This document shows, one piece after another, positions 8,947-18,921 of a DNA stretch of 64,000 bases. Within the stretch, counting starts at the first letter, position 1; each line of letters begins with the position of its first letter. The DNA is taken from contig CAKQDL010000003.1 in assembly GCA_934229395.1 (NCBI GenBank), positions 932 to 64,931 on the forward strand, given 5' to 3'. Both the position numbers and the translations under genes were made by a program. This DNA comes from an uncultured Peptococcaceae bacterium (GTDB lineage Bacteria > Bacillota > Peptococcia > Peptococcales > Peptococcaceae). Under the pieces are notes generated by a model that made no database searches, was not told where the DNA came from, and saw nothing but the letters and a program-made list of their open reading frames with translations.

Positions 8947-10244
8947 TACATCTTCTCTACTTCTGCAAAAGCAATATCAGCTACTTCTAAAGCTTTGGCG
9001 ATGTCTTCGTCGGTATGTGCACTAGAAATAAACCAGCATTCAAATTGTGAAGGTGGCAGATGAACGCCGTTTTCAAGCATGGTATTAAAGAATTTGCCAA
9101 ATTTTGCAGTATCAGAAGTGCAAGCATCGCTGTAGCCGTTCACTTCCTGATCGGTAAAGAACACAGTAAGAAGTGAGCCAAAGCGGTTGATTGTTACTGG
9201 TACATTATGCTTTTGGGCAAGTGTTTTGAGCCCTTCTGCTAGCTTTGCGCCCATTTGATCAAGCTTTTCGTATGGATGTTCATTTTTTAGCACAGATAAT
9301 GCTGCATAGCCTGCGCTCATGGCTAATGGGTTGCCAGATAGAGTGCCAGCTTGGTATACGCTACCTGCTGGTGAAAGACAATCCATGATTTCTTTTTTGC
9401 CGCCAAAGGCACCAACTGGAAGACCACCACCGATGATTTTACCTAGGCAAGTAAGGTCTGGCATAATGTTAAATACTTTTTGTGCGCCACCAATGCTTGC
9501 ACGGAAACCGGAGATTACCTCGTCAAAAATCAGAAGCGCATCATATTCTTTTGTTACTGCGCGCAAGTCTTCAAGAAAGCCTTCTTTTGGCATAATGAGG
9601 CCCATATTGCCTGGGATTGGTTCTACAATTACACCAGCAATTTCATTTGGATATTCTTCAAATAGTGTTTTAACACTGTCAATATCGTTGTATTTAGCAA
9701 CAAGCGTTTCTTTTGCAATATTATCTGGCACACCTGGGCTGGATGGCACACCGAAGGTCATAGCGCCTGAACCGGCATTAATGAGGAGATGGTCAGCGTG
9801 GCCATGGTAGCAGCCTTCAAATTTGATGATTTTATCGCGTTTGGTATAACCACGTGCTAAACGCAGTGCACTCATGGTTGCTTCAGTACCAGAAGATACC
9901 ATACGTACCTTTTCAACGGATGGTATGAGTTCAACGATAAGTTCTGCCATCTTGGTTTCGAGAGTGGTTGGCATACCAAAGGTGGTGCCGTGATCAAGAG
10001 CTTCTTTAATTGCTTGAACGACAGCAGGATGACGATGACCTAGAATAAGCGGACCCCAAGAGCAGACAAAATCGATGTATGTTTGACCGTCTACATCTGT
10101 GATATGCGCTTTTTCACCGTGTTCAACAAATACTGGTACTTCACCAACGGCTTTGAATGCACGTACTGGACTGTTTACACCGCCAGGAATGACTGTTTGT
10201 GCCTCAGCAAATGCTTTTTTTGATGTTTCAAATTGATAGCTCAT
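8946..10244 (-). CDS. hemL: glutamate-1-semialdehyde 2,1-aminomutase
   Basis: GGVNSPVRAF and FDEVISGFR motifs. Length 432 aa. Sits in the hem cluster. Confidence 0.95.
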   Translation of the reverse strand: MSYQFETSKKAFAEAQTVIPGGVNSPVRAFKAVGEVPVFVEHGEKAHITDVDGQTYIDFVCSWGPLILGHRHPAVVQAIKEALDHGTTFGMPTTLETKMAELIVELIPSVEKVRMVSSGTEATMSALRLARGYTKRDKIIKFEGCYHGHADHLLINAGSGAMTFGVPSSPGVPDNIAKETLVAKYNDIDSVKTLFEEYPNEIAGVIVEPIPGNMGLIMPKEGFLEDLRAVTKEYDALLIFDEVISGFRASIGGAQKVFNIMPDLTCLGKIIGGGLPVGAFGGKKEIMDCLSPAGSVYQAGTLSGNPLAMSAGYAALSVLKNEHPYEKLDQMGAKLAEGLKTLAQKHNVPVTINRFGSLLTVFFTDQEVNGYSDACTSDTAKFGKFFNTMLENGVHLPPSQFECWFISSAHTDEDIAKALEVADIAFAEVEKM

Positions 10245-11224
10245 TATTTACTCTCCTTTAACCAACGTCCAATATCAACTGCGTGGTAGGTAATTACCAT
10301 AGTTGCACCAGCTCTTTTGAAGGCATTCATGATTTCAAGCACGATGGTCTTTTCGTCAATCCAACCATTTTGAGCAGCTGCCTTTACCATGGAATATTCG
10401 GCACTTACATTGTAGGTAACAACGGGTACCAATGTTGTTTCATGTACCTTTGCAATTAGGTCTAGGTAGGCAAGGCCAGGTTTAACGATGACCATATCGG
10501 CACCTTCTGCCAAATCTAGCTCTACTTCTTTTAATGCTTGGCGTGTTCCTGAAGCGGGATCCATTTGGTAGCTTTTTCTGTCGCCGAAATGAGGCGCAGA
10601 TTCTGCAGCATCTCTAAATGGACCATAAAAGCCTGAAGCGTACTTGATGGAATGTGACATGATGATTACATCGTTATAGCCTGCTTCATCTAAGGCTGCG
10701 CGAATGACGCCGACACGACCGTCCATCATATCAGATGGTGCCAGAATATCAGCCCCAGCTTTCGCATGGCTTACTGCAATTTTGGCTAAATATGTAAGTG
10801 TGGTATCGTTGTCAACATTTTCGTTTTTAATAATACCACAGTGGCCATGACTTGTGTATTCACACATACATACATCTGTAGAAATGACCAAATCAGGGTA
10901 AGCACTACGAATAAGACGTGTTGCTTCCTGAATAATGCCATCATCAGCATAAGCACCAGAACCGCAGGCATCTTTATTTGCCGGAATACCAAAGAGCATA
11001 ATAGCTACAACACCGGCTTCTACTGCGCGTTCTACTTCTTCAAGCACATGATCCAATGAAAATTGGAAAATGCCCGGCATTGAAGGAATTTCTGTCTTGA
11101 TATCCTCGCCTTCAATAACAAAAATAGGATAAATGTAATCGTTCATGTCCAATTGTACTTCGCGGACCATGTTGCGAATGTTTTGAGTGCGGCGTAATCG
11201 TCTCATTCTTTCTTGTGGAAACAT
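10244..11224 (-). CDS. hemB: porphobilinogen synthase (delta-aminolevulinic acid dehydratase)
   Basis: RMRRLRR N-terminus, Cys-rich zinc site DVCMCEYTSHGHCG, and VKPG. Confidence 0.95.
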   Translation of the reverse strand: MFPQERMRRLRRTQNIRNMVREVQLDMNDYIYPIFVIEGEDIKTEIPSMPGIFQFSLDHVLEEVERAVEAGVVAIMLFGIPANKDACGSGAYADDGIIQEATRLIRSAYPDLVISTDVCMCEYTSHGHCGIIKNENVDNDTTLTYLAKIAVSHAKAGADILAPSDMMDGRVGVIRAALDEAGYNDVIIMSHSIKYASGFYGPFRDAAESAPHFGDRKSYQMDPASGTRQALKEVELDLAEGADMVIVKPGLAYLDLIAKVHETTLVPVVTYNVSAEYSMVKAAAQNGWIDEKTIVLEIMNAFKRAGATMVITYHAVDIGRWLKESK

Positions 11225-11225
11225 A

Positions 11226-12746
11226 TTAGTCCTCCTCTTTGTGCTGCGCAGCTACAATCGCATCGAATAAACCTTGAATGGTGTATTCTTTGGCTTCGAT
11301 ATCCGGTTTTAGACCAAATTCGTTTAGTGTTTGAGTTGTCACGGGACCAATCGATGCGAGTTGAATACCTTCTAAGATGCTTTTATCTTCAATGATTTCC
11401 ATGAAATTTTTCACCGTTGATGAGCTGGTGAAGGTTACAGTATGAATGGATTTATCTTGAAGTTTTTCGATGATTTCGTCATTGAATCGATCAGCCTTTT
11501 TTGTTTTGTAAGCAATGACTTCATCAACAACCATGCCCATTTCTTTAAGAACATTTACGAGTACGGTACGCGCTAAGTCAGAGCGAGGTAAAAGAATTTT
11601 TTGACCTTCAATTAGTAATGGCTTTAAGCTTTCGATAACGCTTTCTGCAACGAACTTTTCTGGCATAACTTCAACCAGTAAGCCCTTATCTTCAAGAGCT
11701 TCTTTTGTTTTTGGACCAATAGCACAAATGCGTGCATTGCCCAGGGAGCGAATATCCTGATTATTGGCTTTCATAGCAACGAAGAATGCGCGTACACCGT
11801 TAACACTGGTAAAAATAATCCAGTCATAGTCTTTTGCGTTTTGAACCGCATTTTTGAGCTCTGGCGTTGCTTCTTGGGTTTCAATCATAATGGTTGGTGC
11901 TTCCCAAGCTTCACCACCAGCTTCTTCTATCATGCTTGAAAAAGCGCTGGCTTGTTCACGTGCACGAGTAACCAATATTCTTTGTCCGAAGAGAGGCTTA
12001 TTTTCGAACCACGAAAGTGTGTTTCTCATGGTTACAACTTCACCTACAATGATGATAGCTGGTGAAGTCAGGCCAGCTTTTGCAACATCTTCCACGATGG
12101 TTTCAAGTGTGCCTACCACTACTTGTTGTTCTGGTCGGGTGCCCCAACGAATGAGTGCGACTGGTGTATTGTTCGATTTGCCATTTTTTGTTAACTGCTC
12201 AACGATTTGAGACAAATGACCTACACCCATAAGAAAAATGAGTGTTCCTGGATCTTCTGCAAGGCGCGCCCAATTGATTTGACTTGCAGCTTTCATTGGG
12301 TCTTCGTGCCCGGTAATAACGGTAAAAGTGGATGTTAATGTGCGGTGCGTTACCGGAATGCCTGCATAGGATGGCACAGCAATGGCGGATGTAATACCAG
12401 GTACAACTTCGAACGGAATATCATATTCCTGAAGCTTTTCAACTTCTTCGCCGCCACGGCCAAATACATAGGGATCGCCACCTTTTAGACGAGTGACGAT
12501 TTGCCCTTTGAGCGCTTCATCAACAAGCACTTGATTGATTTCTTCTTGGCGAAGTGTATGATGGTCTGGCGTTTTGCCTACATAAATAAGTTTTGCGTCT
12601 TCTCTGACATAGCTAAGAAGACGTGGGTTAGCAAGACGGTCGTAGACAATGACATCTGCTTTTTTGAGGCACTCTAAACCTTTTACGGTAATTAGGCCGA
12701 TATCGCCAGGACCAGCCCCTACTAAATAAACATATCCTTTGATCAT
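11226..12746 (-). CDS. cobA: fused uroporphyrinogen-III C-methyltransferase / uroporphyrinogen-III synthase
   Basis: The N-terminal half has VYLVGAGPGDIGLITVKG (SUMT). The C-terminal ~250 aa is HemD-like. 506 aa in total. Confidence 0.9.
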   Translation of the reverse strand: MIKGYVYLVGAGPGDIGLITVKGLECLKKADVIVYDRLANPRLLSYVREDAKLIYVGKTPDHHTLRQEEINQVLVDEALKGQIVTRLKGGDPYVFGRGGEEVEKLQEYDIPFEVVPGITSAIAVPSYAGIPVTHRTLTSTFTVITGHEDPMKAASQINWARLAEDPGTLIFLMGVGHLSQIVEQLTKNGKSNNTPVALIRWGTRPEQQVVVGTLETIVEDVAKAGLTSPAIIIVGEVVTMRNTLSWFENKPLFGQRILVTRAREQASAFSSMIEEAGGEAWEAPTIMIETQEATPELKNAVQNAKDYDWIIFTSVNGVRAFFVAMKANNQDIRSLGNARICAIGPKTKEALEDKGLLVEVMPEKFVAESVIESLKPLLIEGQKILLPRSDLARTVLVNVLKEMGMVVDEVIAYKTKKADRFNDEIIEKLQDKSIHTVTFTSSSTVKNFMEIIEDKSILEGIQLASIGPVTTQTLNEFGLKPDIEAKEYTIQGLFDAIVAAQHKEED

Positions 12747-12767
12747 ATTGATTTCCTTTATTTAAAA

Positions 12768-13697
12768 CTAGTTTCTAATATTTTTCAAAATGGTGTCTGC
12801 GCCTTCAGCAATCAGCTTTTCTGCTAGAGCTCTTCCTGCTTCTTCGTATTGTTCTACAGGACGCTCAATGCTAGCTTTAATGAGCTGACGTCCATCCACC
12901 GCACCTACAAAACCATGAATTTTAATGGATTTATCTTCAATTTTTGCATAAGCGCCAATAGGTACCTGGCAGCCACCTTCTAGGGCGCACATAAATGCAC
13001 GCTCCGCAGTGACACAACGATACGTTTCTTCATGGTTTACTAGCGCAAATTTTTCGTTGAGGTCTTCTCTATCGCTCTTTGATTCGATGACGAGCGCTCC
13101 TTGTCCTACTGCAGGCACAAATTCTTCGTCGTCCAAACGAAGTGAAATTTCATCATGGAAGTCAAGACGTTCCAAGCCGGCCACTGCAAGAATAACAGCA
13201 TCGAAATCTTCCTCAGCAAATTTTCTCAATCGTGTGTTTACATTGCCACGCAAATCGCGAACTTGAAAATCTGGGCGAAGCGCCAAAAGTTGCGAACGGC
13301 GTCTCAAGCTACTCGTGCCAACAATTGCTCCTTGTGGTAAATCTAAAATGCCGCCTTTATGCTTAGATAAAAAAGCATCACGGTGATCATATCGAGGCAA
13401 GAAACAGCTTAAGGATAATCCCTCAGGTAAAGAAGTCGGCATATCTTTTAAGCTATGAACAGCCATGTCGATTTCACCAGATTGCATCATTGACTCTAAC
13501 TCGTTTGTAAATAGGCCTTTATCGCCGATTTTTGATAAGGAAACATCAAGTATTTTATCACCTTTTGTTTTCATGCTTACAATTTCAAATTCGCAATCGC
13601 TAAATACCTTTTTTAGTTCTTCAATAGCAAACCGTGTTTGCCACATAGCCAAAGCGCTATCTCTGGAACCTACTTTAATAATCTTTTTCGTTGTCAT
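12768..13697 (-). CDS. hemC: hydroxymethylbilane synthase (porphobilinogen deaminase)
   Basis: IKVGSRDSALAMWQT, GTSSLRR and RGNVNTRL motifs. Confidence 0.95.
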   Translation of the reverse strand: MTTKKIIKVGSRDSALAMWQTRFAIEELKKVFSDCEFEIVSMKTKGDKILDVSLSKIGDKGLFTNELESMMQSGEIDMAVHSLKDMPTSLPEGLSLSCFLPRYDHRDAFLSKHKGGILDLPQGAIVGTSSLRRRSQLLALRPDFQVRDLRGNVNTRLRKFAEEDFDAVILAVAGLERLDFHDEISLRLDDEEFVPAVGQGALVIESKSDREDLNEKFALVNHEETYRCVTAERAFMCALEGGCQVPIGAYAKIEDKSIKIHGFVGAVDGRQLIKASIERPVEQYEEAGRALAEKLIAEGADTILKNIRN

Positions 13698-14961
13698 TTT
13701 CTAATCCCCATAAATCATTAATTGCATTGATATAGCAGTCGATTCGATCTGCTCGTTGTCCAGCCAATGATTTCATATTAATAATTGGCTTGTGCAACCA
13801 ACGATTAACAATGCTGTTTGCCAATTGCTCTATAATGCGTCGCTCTCTGTCGCTTGGTTGATCAATACGATTTAATGCGCGTTCAATTTCTGATTCTTTG
13901 ATACGTTCAATCTGGTCGCGCATTTTTATAATTGTAGGAACCACCCAAAGAGAGTCTAGCCAAAAATAGAAATCATCCAATTCTTCTTTGACAATTTTTT
14001 TTGCTTTTATTGTTTCTTGTTGCCTAGCTGCCAAATTTTCATCAGTTTTTCTTTCCATGTCATCAATATCATAAAGCTTCACGTAATCAAGCTCTGCCAC
14101 ATTTGGATGAATATCGCGCGGTACTGCTATATCGATGATAAGCATTGGCTTTACTCTGTCTATTTGCGCATTTTCAAGATCGCTTTTATCTAAGATAGGT
14201 ACTGGAGAGGCGGTGCTGCTAATAATGAGATCTGCACTTGGTAGATACGTTGCAAGTTCAGAGAATTTGACAGCTTCTCCTCCGATTTCTCTAGCCAACC
14301 ATTCTGCACGTTCATAAGTGCGGTTTGCAACCATAATGCTATTGGTGCCATTGGATATGAGATATCTTGAGGTCAATTCGCTGGTTTCTCCGGCACCAAG
14401 AACAAGGACGGTCTTATCCTCAAGCCCGTTAAAATAATCCTTTGCTAGTTCAACTGCAGCAATACTCACACTTAAAGTATGGCGATCAATTTGGGTTTCT
14501 GTACGCACGCGCTTACCAACAGTTAATGCATTCATAAACAAGGTGTTTAAAATGTTGTCAGATATCTCATAGTTTAGTGCATATTCATATGCATCTTGAA
14601 CTTGTCCCTGTATTTGACTTTCGCCTAATATCATAGAATCCATGCCTGCAGCAACAGTAAATAAATGTTCGCAAGCGTTTTTATTAAACTTTATATATAA
14701 ATGTGGTGCAAGTTCTCTCGTAGATAAGCCACTGTAACCACTTATTAATTGAATAAGTGATTCCTGCGCTGCAAATGGAGAATCTGCATTACAGTAGAAT
14801 TCAGTTCGATTGCAGGTGGAAAGAATTGTACAACCAGAAAAATATTCGATTTCGCGAATATTTTGGCTAATTCTTTCAATTTGAGGTCGTGATAACGACA
14901 CTTTTTCTCGAACTTCTACCGGCGCGCTTTTATGATTTAAACCTATTAGTAAGATTGCCAT
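13675..14961 (-). CDS. hemA: glutamyl-tRNA reductase
   Basis: LLIGLNHKSAPVEVREK, STCNRTEFY and GAGETSEL motifs. Confidence 0.95.
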   Translation of the reverse strand: MAILLIGLNHKSAPVEVREKVSLSRPQIERISQNIREIEYFSGCTILSTCNRTEFYCNADSPFAAQESLIQLISGYSGLSTRELAPHLYIKFNKNACEHLFTVAAGMDSMILGESQIQGQVQDAYEYALNYEISDNILNTLFMNALTVGKRVRTETQIDRHTLSVSIAAVELAKDYFNGLEDKTVLVLGAGETSELTSRYLISNGTNSIMVANRTYERAEWLAREIGGEAVKFSELATYLPSADLIISSTASPVPILDKSDLENAQIDRVKPMLIIDIAVPRDIHPNVAELDYVKLYDIDDMERKTDENLAARQQETIKAKKIVKEELDDFYFWLDSLWVVPTIIKMRDQIERIKESEIERALNRIDQPSDRERRIIEQLANSIVNRWLHKPIINMKSLAGQRADRIDCYINAINDLWGLENDNEKDY

Positions 14962-15593
14962 TCTTTCACCTTCTTTAACAATTCATCGTACGGTATGTCA
15001 TCTTTTTCTGAAACAAAATTTTTGATTTTATTTAGCTCGAGCTTATGTAAGAACTCAGCCCTTTGATTGGCATCGTTTACTGTTGCAAGTATTTCTGAAC
15101 GTATATCGAGATAGACCTTTAACGCCAAATCAAAATCTGGCGTTAAAATATTCTCGAAATATTCGCGAAGCGCTTTAGAAAAGCCCGGGCTTTTTCCAAA
15201 GGTTGAAATAGAAACTGCATAGTCTTGTTTTAAAATTTTGGCTTGAACAGACATGGAACCATTCGCTGGTTCAGTAATGCTATTGACCAAAATGTGATTT
15301 TTCTTACAGTATAGTGCTATTTCTTTATTTAACGCCAAATCGTTCGTTGCAGCAAAAACCAAGAATGGGTTTATTTTATTTAGGGCTTCGACAGAATACA
15401 TATCTTTTATAAGCGTAATTTTGTTATTATGCGCTAAATTTTCTATCGACTCTTCCACAATAGGTGCAATAACAGTTACATTTGCTCCATCTCGTAGGAG
15501 TGTTTTTATTTTTCTGAACGCTACACTACCTCCGCCAACTACGAGGGCCGTTGTATCCGCAACATCTAGCATGACTGAGTAGGTAAATGCCAT
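14946..15593 (-). CDS. sirC: precorrin-2 dehydrogenase / sirohydrochlorin ferrochelatase (SirC/CysG N-terminal type)
   Basis: Rossmann motif ALVVGGGSVAFRK, ~215 aa, immediately upstream of hemA. Confidence 0.8.
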   Translation of the reverse strand: MAFTYSVMLDVADTTALVVGGGSVAFRKIKTLLRDGANVTVIAPIVEESIENLAHNNKITLIKDMYSVEALNKINPFLVFAATNDLALNKEIALYCKKNHILVNSITEPANGSMSVQAKILKQDYAVSISTFGKSPGFSKALREYFENILTPDFDLALKVYLDIRSEILATVNDANQRAEFLHKLELNKIKNFVSEKDDIPYDELLKKVKEWQSY

Positions 15594-16571
15594 CTAAATG
15601 GACCTCTCGTAGATGTAATCTGCCGTTTCACGCAAAAGTTTTGTAGTATCATTTTGTTCTAGTGTATCCAAAATTTCTTTTGCGGCATTGATGTGTTCAA
15701 AAATATATGCCTCACAAGCTTTGATGATATCATCTTGAAGCACAAAGGACATAATATACTCTAAATCTTCACGGCCATTAGGGAACTTTTCTTTAATAAG
15801 CTGGATGATATGTTCTTTTTCAGGGAAGTCTTTTTGCAATAATAAAATCGTTGGAAGATTAACAAGTCCGTTTTCTAAATCGTGTCCAATCGGTTTCCCT
15901 ATGTTTTTGTCACTAGGAATGATATCCAAAAGATCGTCTTTGATTTGGAAGGCCATCCCCAAATGATAACCATAGTTATAGAAATCAGTTACTTGTTTTT
16001 CGTTTGCATTCGCAAGAATAGCACCTGTTTGTGAGCACGTTGCAAGTAAAATTGCGGTTTTACGTTCGATACGATAATAATACGATTCAACGGTTTGCGT
16101 AGGATCAAACATTGACGCGATTTGGGCGATTTCGCCTTTGGACATTTCAACAGCTGTATTAGAAAGTATACGAAGCAGTTTTTCTGTATGAGATATTTCA
16201 TAGACCTTGTTTAAGGCCTCAATCAAAATATAGTCACCTATATGAACTGCAACCTCATTGCCATATTCATCATTGATGGTGCGTTGACCCCTGCGAAGAG
16301 CAGAGCAATCATTTACGTCATCGTGAATGAGAGAAGACATATGGATAAGCTCCATTATAGCAGCGAATTCTGTGACTTCCTTGTTTTTTACACCAAAATA
16401 CTGTGCAGTCAAAGAAACAAAAATAGGGCGCAGACGTTTGCCACCTGCACGCAAATTAAATAAAGCTCGCTCGCGGATAAATTCGTCATCAAAATCGACA
16501 ATTTTTTCCAAACAAGCTTCTACATCCTTTAAAATGGATTTTATTTTTGCTTGTGTCATTAAGTTTTTCAT
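15594..16571 (-). CDS. hepT: polyprenyl diphosphate synthase (heptaprenyl diphosphate synthase component II-like)
   Basis: FARM LIHDDVND and SARM KDDLLD motifs. GGKRLRP. Confidence 0.85.
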   Translation of the reverse strand: MKNLMTQAKIKSILKDVEACLEKIVDFDDEFIRERALFNLRAGGKRLRPIFVSLTAQYFGVKNKEVTEFAAIMELIHMSSLIHDDVNDCSALRRGQRTINDEYGNEVAVHIGDYILIEALNKVYEISHTEKLLRILSNTAVEMSKGEIAQIASMFDPTQTVESYYYRIERKTAILLATCSQTGAILANANEKQVTDFYNYGYHLGMAFQIKDDLLDIIPSDKNIGKPIGHDLENGLVNLPTILLLQKDFPEKEHIIQLIKEKFPNGREDLEYIMSFVLQDDIIKACEAYIFEHINAAKEILDTLEQNDTTKLLRETADYIYERSI

Positions 16572-17210
16572 TTACTCACCTATTATCGTTTCCAAATCTG
16601 CACGAGATTTCATATCTTTATTGAGCATTTCTTTTACAAATATAATAATATCTGGTTGAATATACCCTTCGTTGTCTGTTAATACACGTTCATTAAAAAA
16701 CGTTTGGGCTAATTTAACAAAATAATCACTTTCAGCATTGATTGTATCTTCAACAATAGCTTTGATGACATAGTTTTTCTTGTCTTGAATAGCTGTGTTG
16801 ATTAAGGACATATGCACCAACTGACCATGAATTGTTTTGAGTAGTTTTAACCATTTCTTTTGAAGGCCAATAGCGTCTATTTTGATGAGTTTTTCTGAGA
16901 AAGCACCCGATAGCATATCGCCGTATAAAATGCTGTGTTCAAGTTCGTGATTGCCTTCGTTAAAAGAAAAAGTGCTTGAATAAACGTGTGTTAAAACACT
17001 AATATATAGTTCCGTCATAGCGGTACTTACAGTAAGGCGTTTGTCTGAATCCTCTATGTCGGCCCAAAAATAATCTTTCATCATAAAAAAGAAAAGAAAA
17101 TCAGGGGTATTGAATTTGTTTGGCAAATCATCCATCAGATGATTATCCCCTACAACAAAGTCCTTGTTCAACGTTAAAATATGCGTTTGATAGTCTAATT
17201 TCAAGCCCAC
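16572..17210 (-). CDS. probable heptaprenyl diphosphate synthase component I (HepS-like)
   Basis: Abuts the hepT start. ILYGDMLSGAFSEKL resembles the B. subtilis HepS motif VLAGDYFSGLYYSLL. Otherwise weakly conserved. Confidence 0.5.
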   Translation of the reverse strand: MGLKLDYQTHILTLNKDFVVGDNHLMDDLPNKFNTPDFLFFFMMKDYFWADIEDSDKRLTVSTAMTELYISVLTHVYSSTFSFNEGNHELEHSILYGDMLSGAFSEKLIKIDAIGLQKKWLKLLKTIHGQLVHMSLINTAIQDKKNYVIKAIVEDTINAESDYFVKLAQTFFNERVLTDNEGYIQPDIIIFVKEMLNKDMKSRADLETIIGE

Positions 17211-17286
17211 TGTTACTTCCTCCTTTTTTACAAACCTTTTTTATTTTAGCATAACCAGCGTAAAAATAACACAAATCCCTAGTTAT

Positions 17287-17883
17287 TTATTGTATATTTT
17301 GCAAAATATACTCTGTATGCGCCAGACACTCTAAGGTTTCAAGCAAATAATACGTTTCCTCTAAGGTTTGTCCGCATACTGTTACACCATGTTTTTCTAA
17401 GACGCAAGCATTTCCGTGTGCACCAATTGCTTCGCCAACTTCATCAGCCAACTGCTGGCTCCCTGGGTTTTGAAAGGGTATAATTGGTACTTCGTCAAAA
17501 AAGAGGCCTGCCTCCATCAAAGTGTCAATATGTACCATTCTATCAGTTCTATATAGGGCTGTTGCATAAAGTGGATGAGCGTGAATAACACATTGCGCTT
17601 TTGTATTTATTTTATAGATTGCAAGATGCATTTTTAATTCAGATGTTGCTGCATGTTTTCCAGCGATGAGTTGACCATTTTGATTGGTAATAATCAAATC
17701 TTCTTCTGTCAAATCGCCCTTGTTTATATGTGTAGGGGTGGCAAGAATATAGTCATTAAATCTTAGGCTAACATTTCCGTCATAGGCAATCACATACTTA
17801 TTTTCGTAGAGACGATGACAGATATCAATAAACATCTCTGTATAAGGGGCTATGTGTGGAAAATCACTCATTGCTTTTTTCAT
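17287..17883 (-). CDS. class II aldolase/adducin family protein (candidate 5-deoxyribulose-1-P / methylthioribulose-1-P aldolase, or an MtnB-like dehydratase)
   Basis: ~198 aa with the metal-site motif VIHAHP and an EKHGV segment. Overlaps the mtnA stop by 4 nt. Confidence 0.75.
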   Translation of the reverse strand: MKKAMSDFPHIAPYTEMFIDICHRLYENKYVIAYDGNVSLRFNDYILATPTHINKGDLTEEDLIITNQNGQLIAGKHAATSELKMHLAIYKINTKAQCVIHAHPLYATALYRTDRMVHIDTLMEAGLFFDEVPIIPFQNPGSQQLADEVGEAIGAHGNACVLEKHGVTVCGQTLEETYYLLETLECLAHTEYILQNIQ

Positions 17884-18917
17884 TTAAATTGCTCCTCATT
17901 AAATGGTGGCAAGAGTATGCCTTTTTCAGTAATATAGCCTGTAACAAAAGAGGCTGGTGTACAATCAAAGGCTGGATTTTCTATATCTACGCGTGCGTCA
18001 ACCATAGGTGTTTGATACCACATAGAGCGCACTTCTTCTCCATCACGGAATTCGATGATAATATCATCTTTGCTTTTTGCATTAAAGTCTATTGTGGTAG
18101 ATGGAAGACAGACATAGAAAGGTACGTGATATTCTTTTGCCAAAACGGCCAAGGTGTGTGTACCTATTTTATTTGCAAAGTCACCGTTTTTTGCAACGCG
18201 ATCGCAGCCAACGAAAATTGCATCAATATGCTTTGTAGAAAGCAGCCAACCTATCATGTTATCCGTAATGAGTGTTGTTGGAATTCCGGCGTTGACAAGT
18301 TCAAACGTTGTAAGACGCGCCCCCTGTAACACAGGACGTGTTTCACACGCATAAACATGGACCTTTTTGCCGCTTTCAACTGCTGCGTAAACAGGTGCTA
18401 AGGCGGTACCAAGGGTATTTCCTGTGGCCAATAAACCTGCGTTGCAATAGGTTACAATCGTATTGTTCTCTGATAAGAGCTGATTGCCATAGAAGGCGAT
18501 GCCTTCACTAATTGCAATATCTGCCTTATGAAATTCTAGGGCATTGTTTATAAGTTGATTTGCGATTGCCTCGTTTGTAGCGGACAAATCTAAATTCTGC
18601 ATTATTGTATCAAGTGCAATTTCGAGATTAACGGCTGTTGGACGGGCACTGATGAGATATTCTTTTGTATCGCTAATATGATTTAAATATAAGCTATGTG
18701 CAAGAGCTGTATTGTTTTTTTCAACCATGGCAAGCCCATAGGCAGCGGTTATCCCTATAAGTGGAGCACCTCTTACCTCTAATTTATTAATAGCTAGCCA
18801 TACGTCTTCATCCGTTTGAAGTGTTTTATAAACCAATTCGTTTGGTAGTTTTGTTTGGTCGATTATAACAATCGTGTTATCTTCTTCAAGATACTTTATA
18901 GTTGCGAGTTTCGTCAT
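17880..18917 (-). CDS. mtnA: S-methyl-5-thioribose-1-phosphate isomerase (eIF-2B alpha/beta/delta-like family)
   Basis: IIDQTKLP, VRGAPLIGITAAYG and CDRVAKNGDFANKIGT motifs. Confidence 0.88.
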   Translation of the reverse strand: MTKLATIKYLEEDNTIVIIDQTKLPNELVYKTLQTDEDVWLAINKLEVRGAPLIGITAAYGLAMVEKNNTALAHSLYLNHISDTKEYLISARPTAVNLEIALDTIMQNLDLSATNEAIANQLINNALEFHKADIAISEGIAFYGNQLLSENNTIVTYCNAGLLATGNTLGTALAPVYAAVESGKKVHVYACETRPVLQGARLTTFELVNAGIPTTLITDNMIGWLLSTKHIDAIFVGCDRVAKNGDFANKIGTHTLAVLAKEYHVPFYVCLPSTTIDFNAKSKDDIIIEFRDGEEVRSMWYQTPMVDARVDIENPAFDCTPASFVTGYITEKGILLPPFNEEQFK

Positions 18918-18921
18918 GATT

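Noticed and set aside
9319-9810. 163-aa + strand ORF antisense to hemL. Similar long antisense ORFs occur at 11854-12210, 13009-13266, 17856-18329, 33544-33984, 40732-41292 and 55201-55572.
   Set aside because: All lie wholly inside strongly supported minus-strand genes. They have no RBS, and their products are low-complexity or Ser/Pro/Ala- or Phe-rich. These are typical shadow frames of codon-biased genes.
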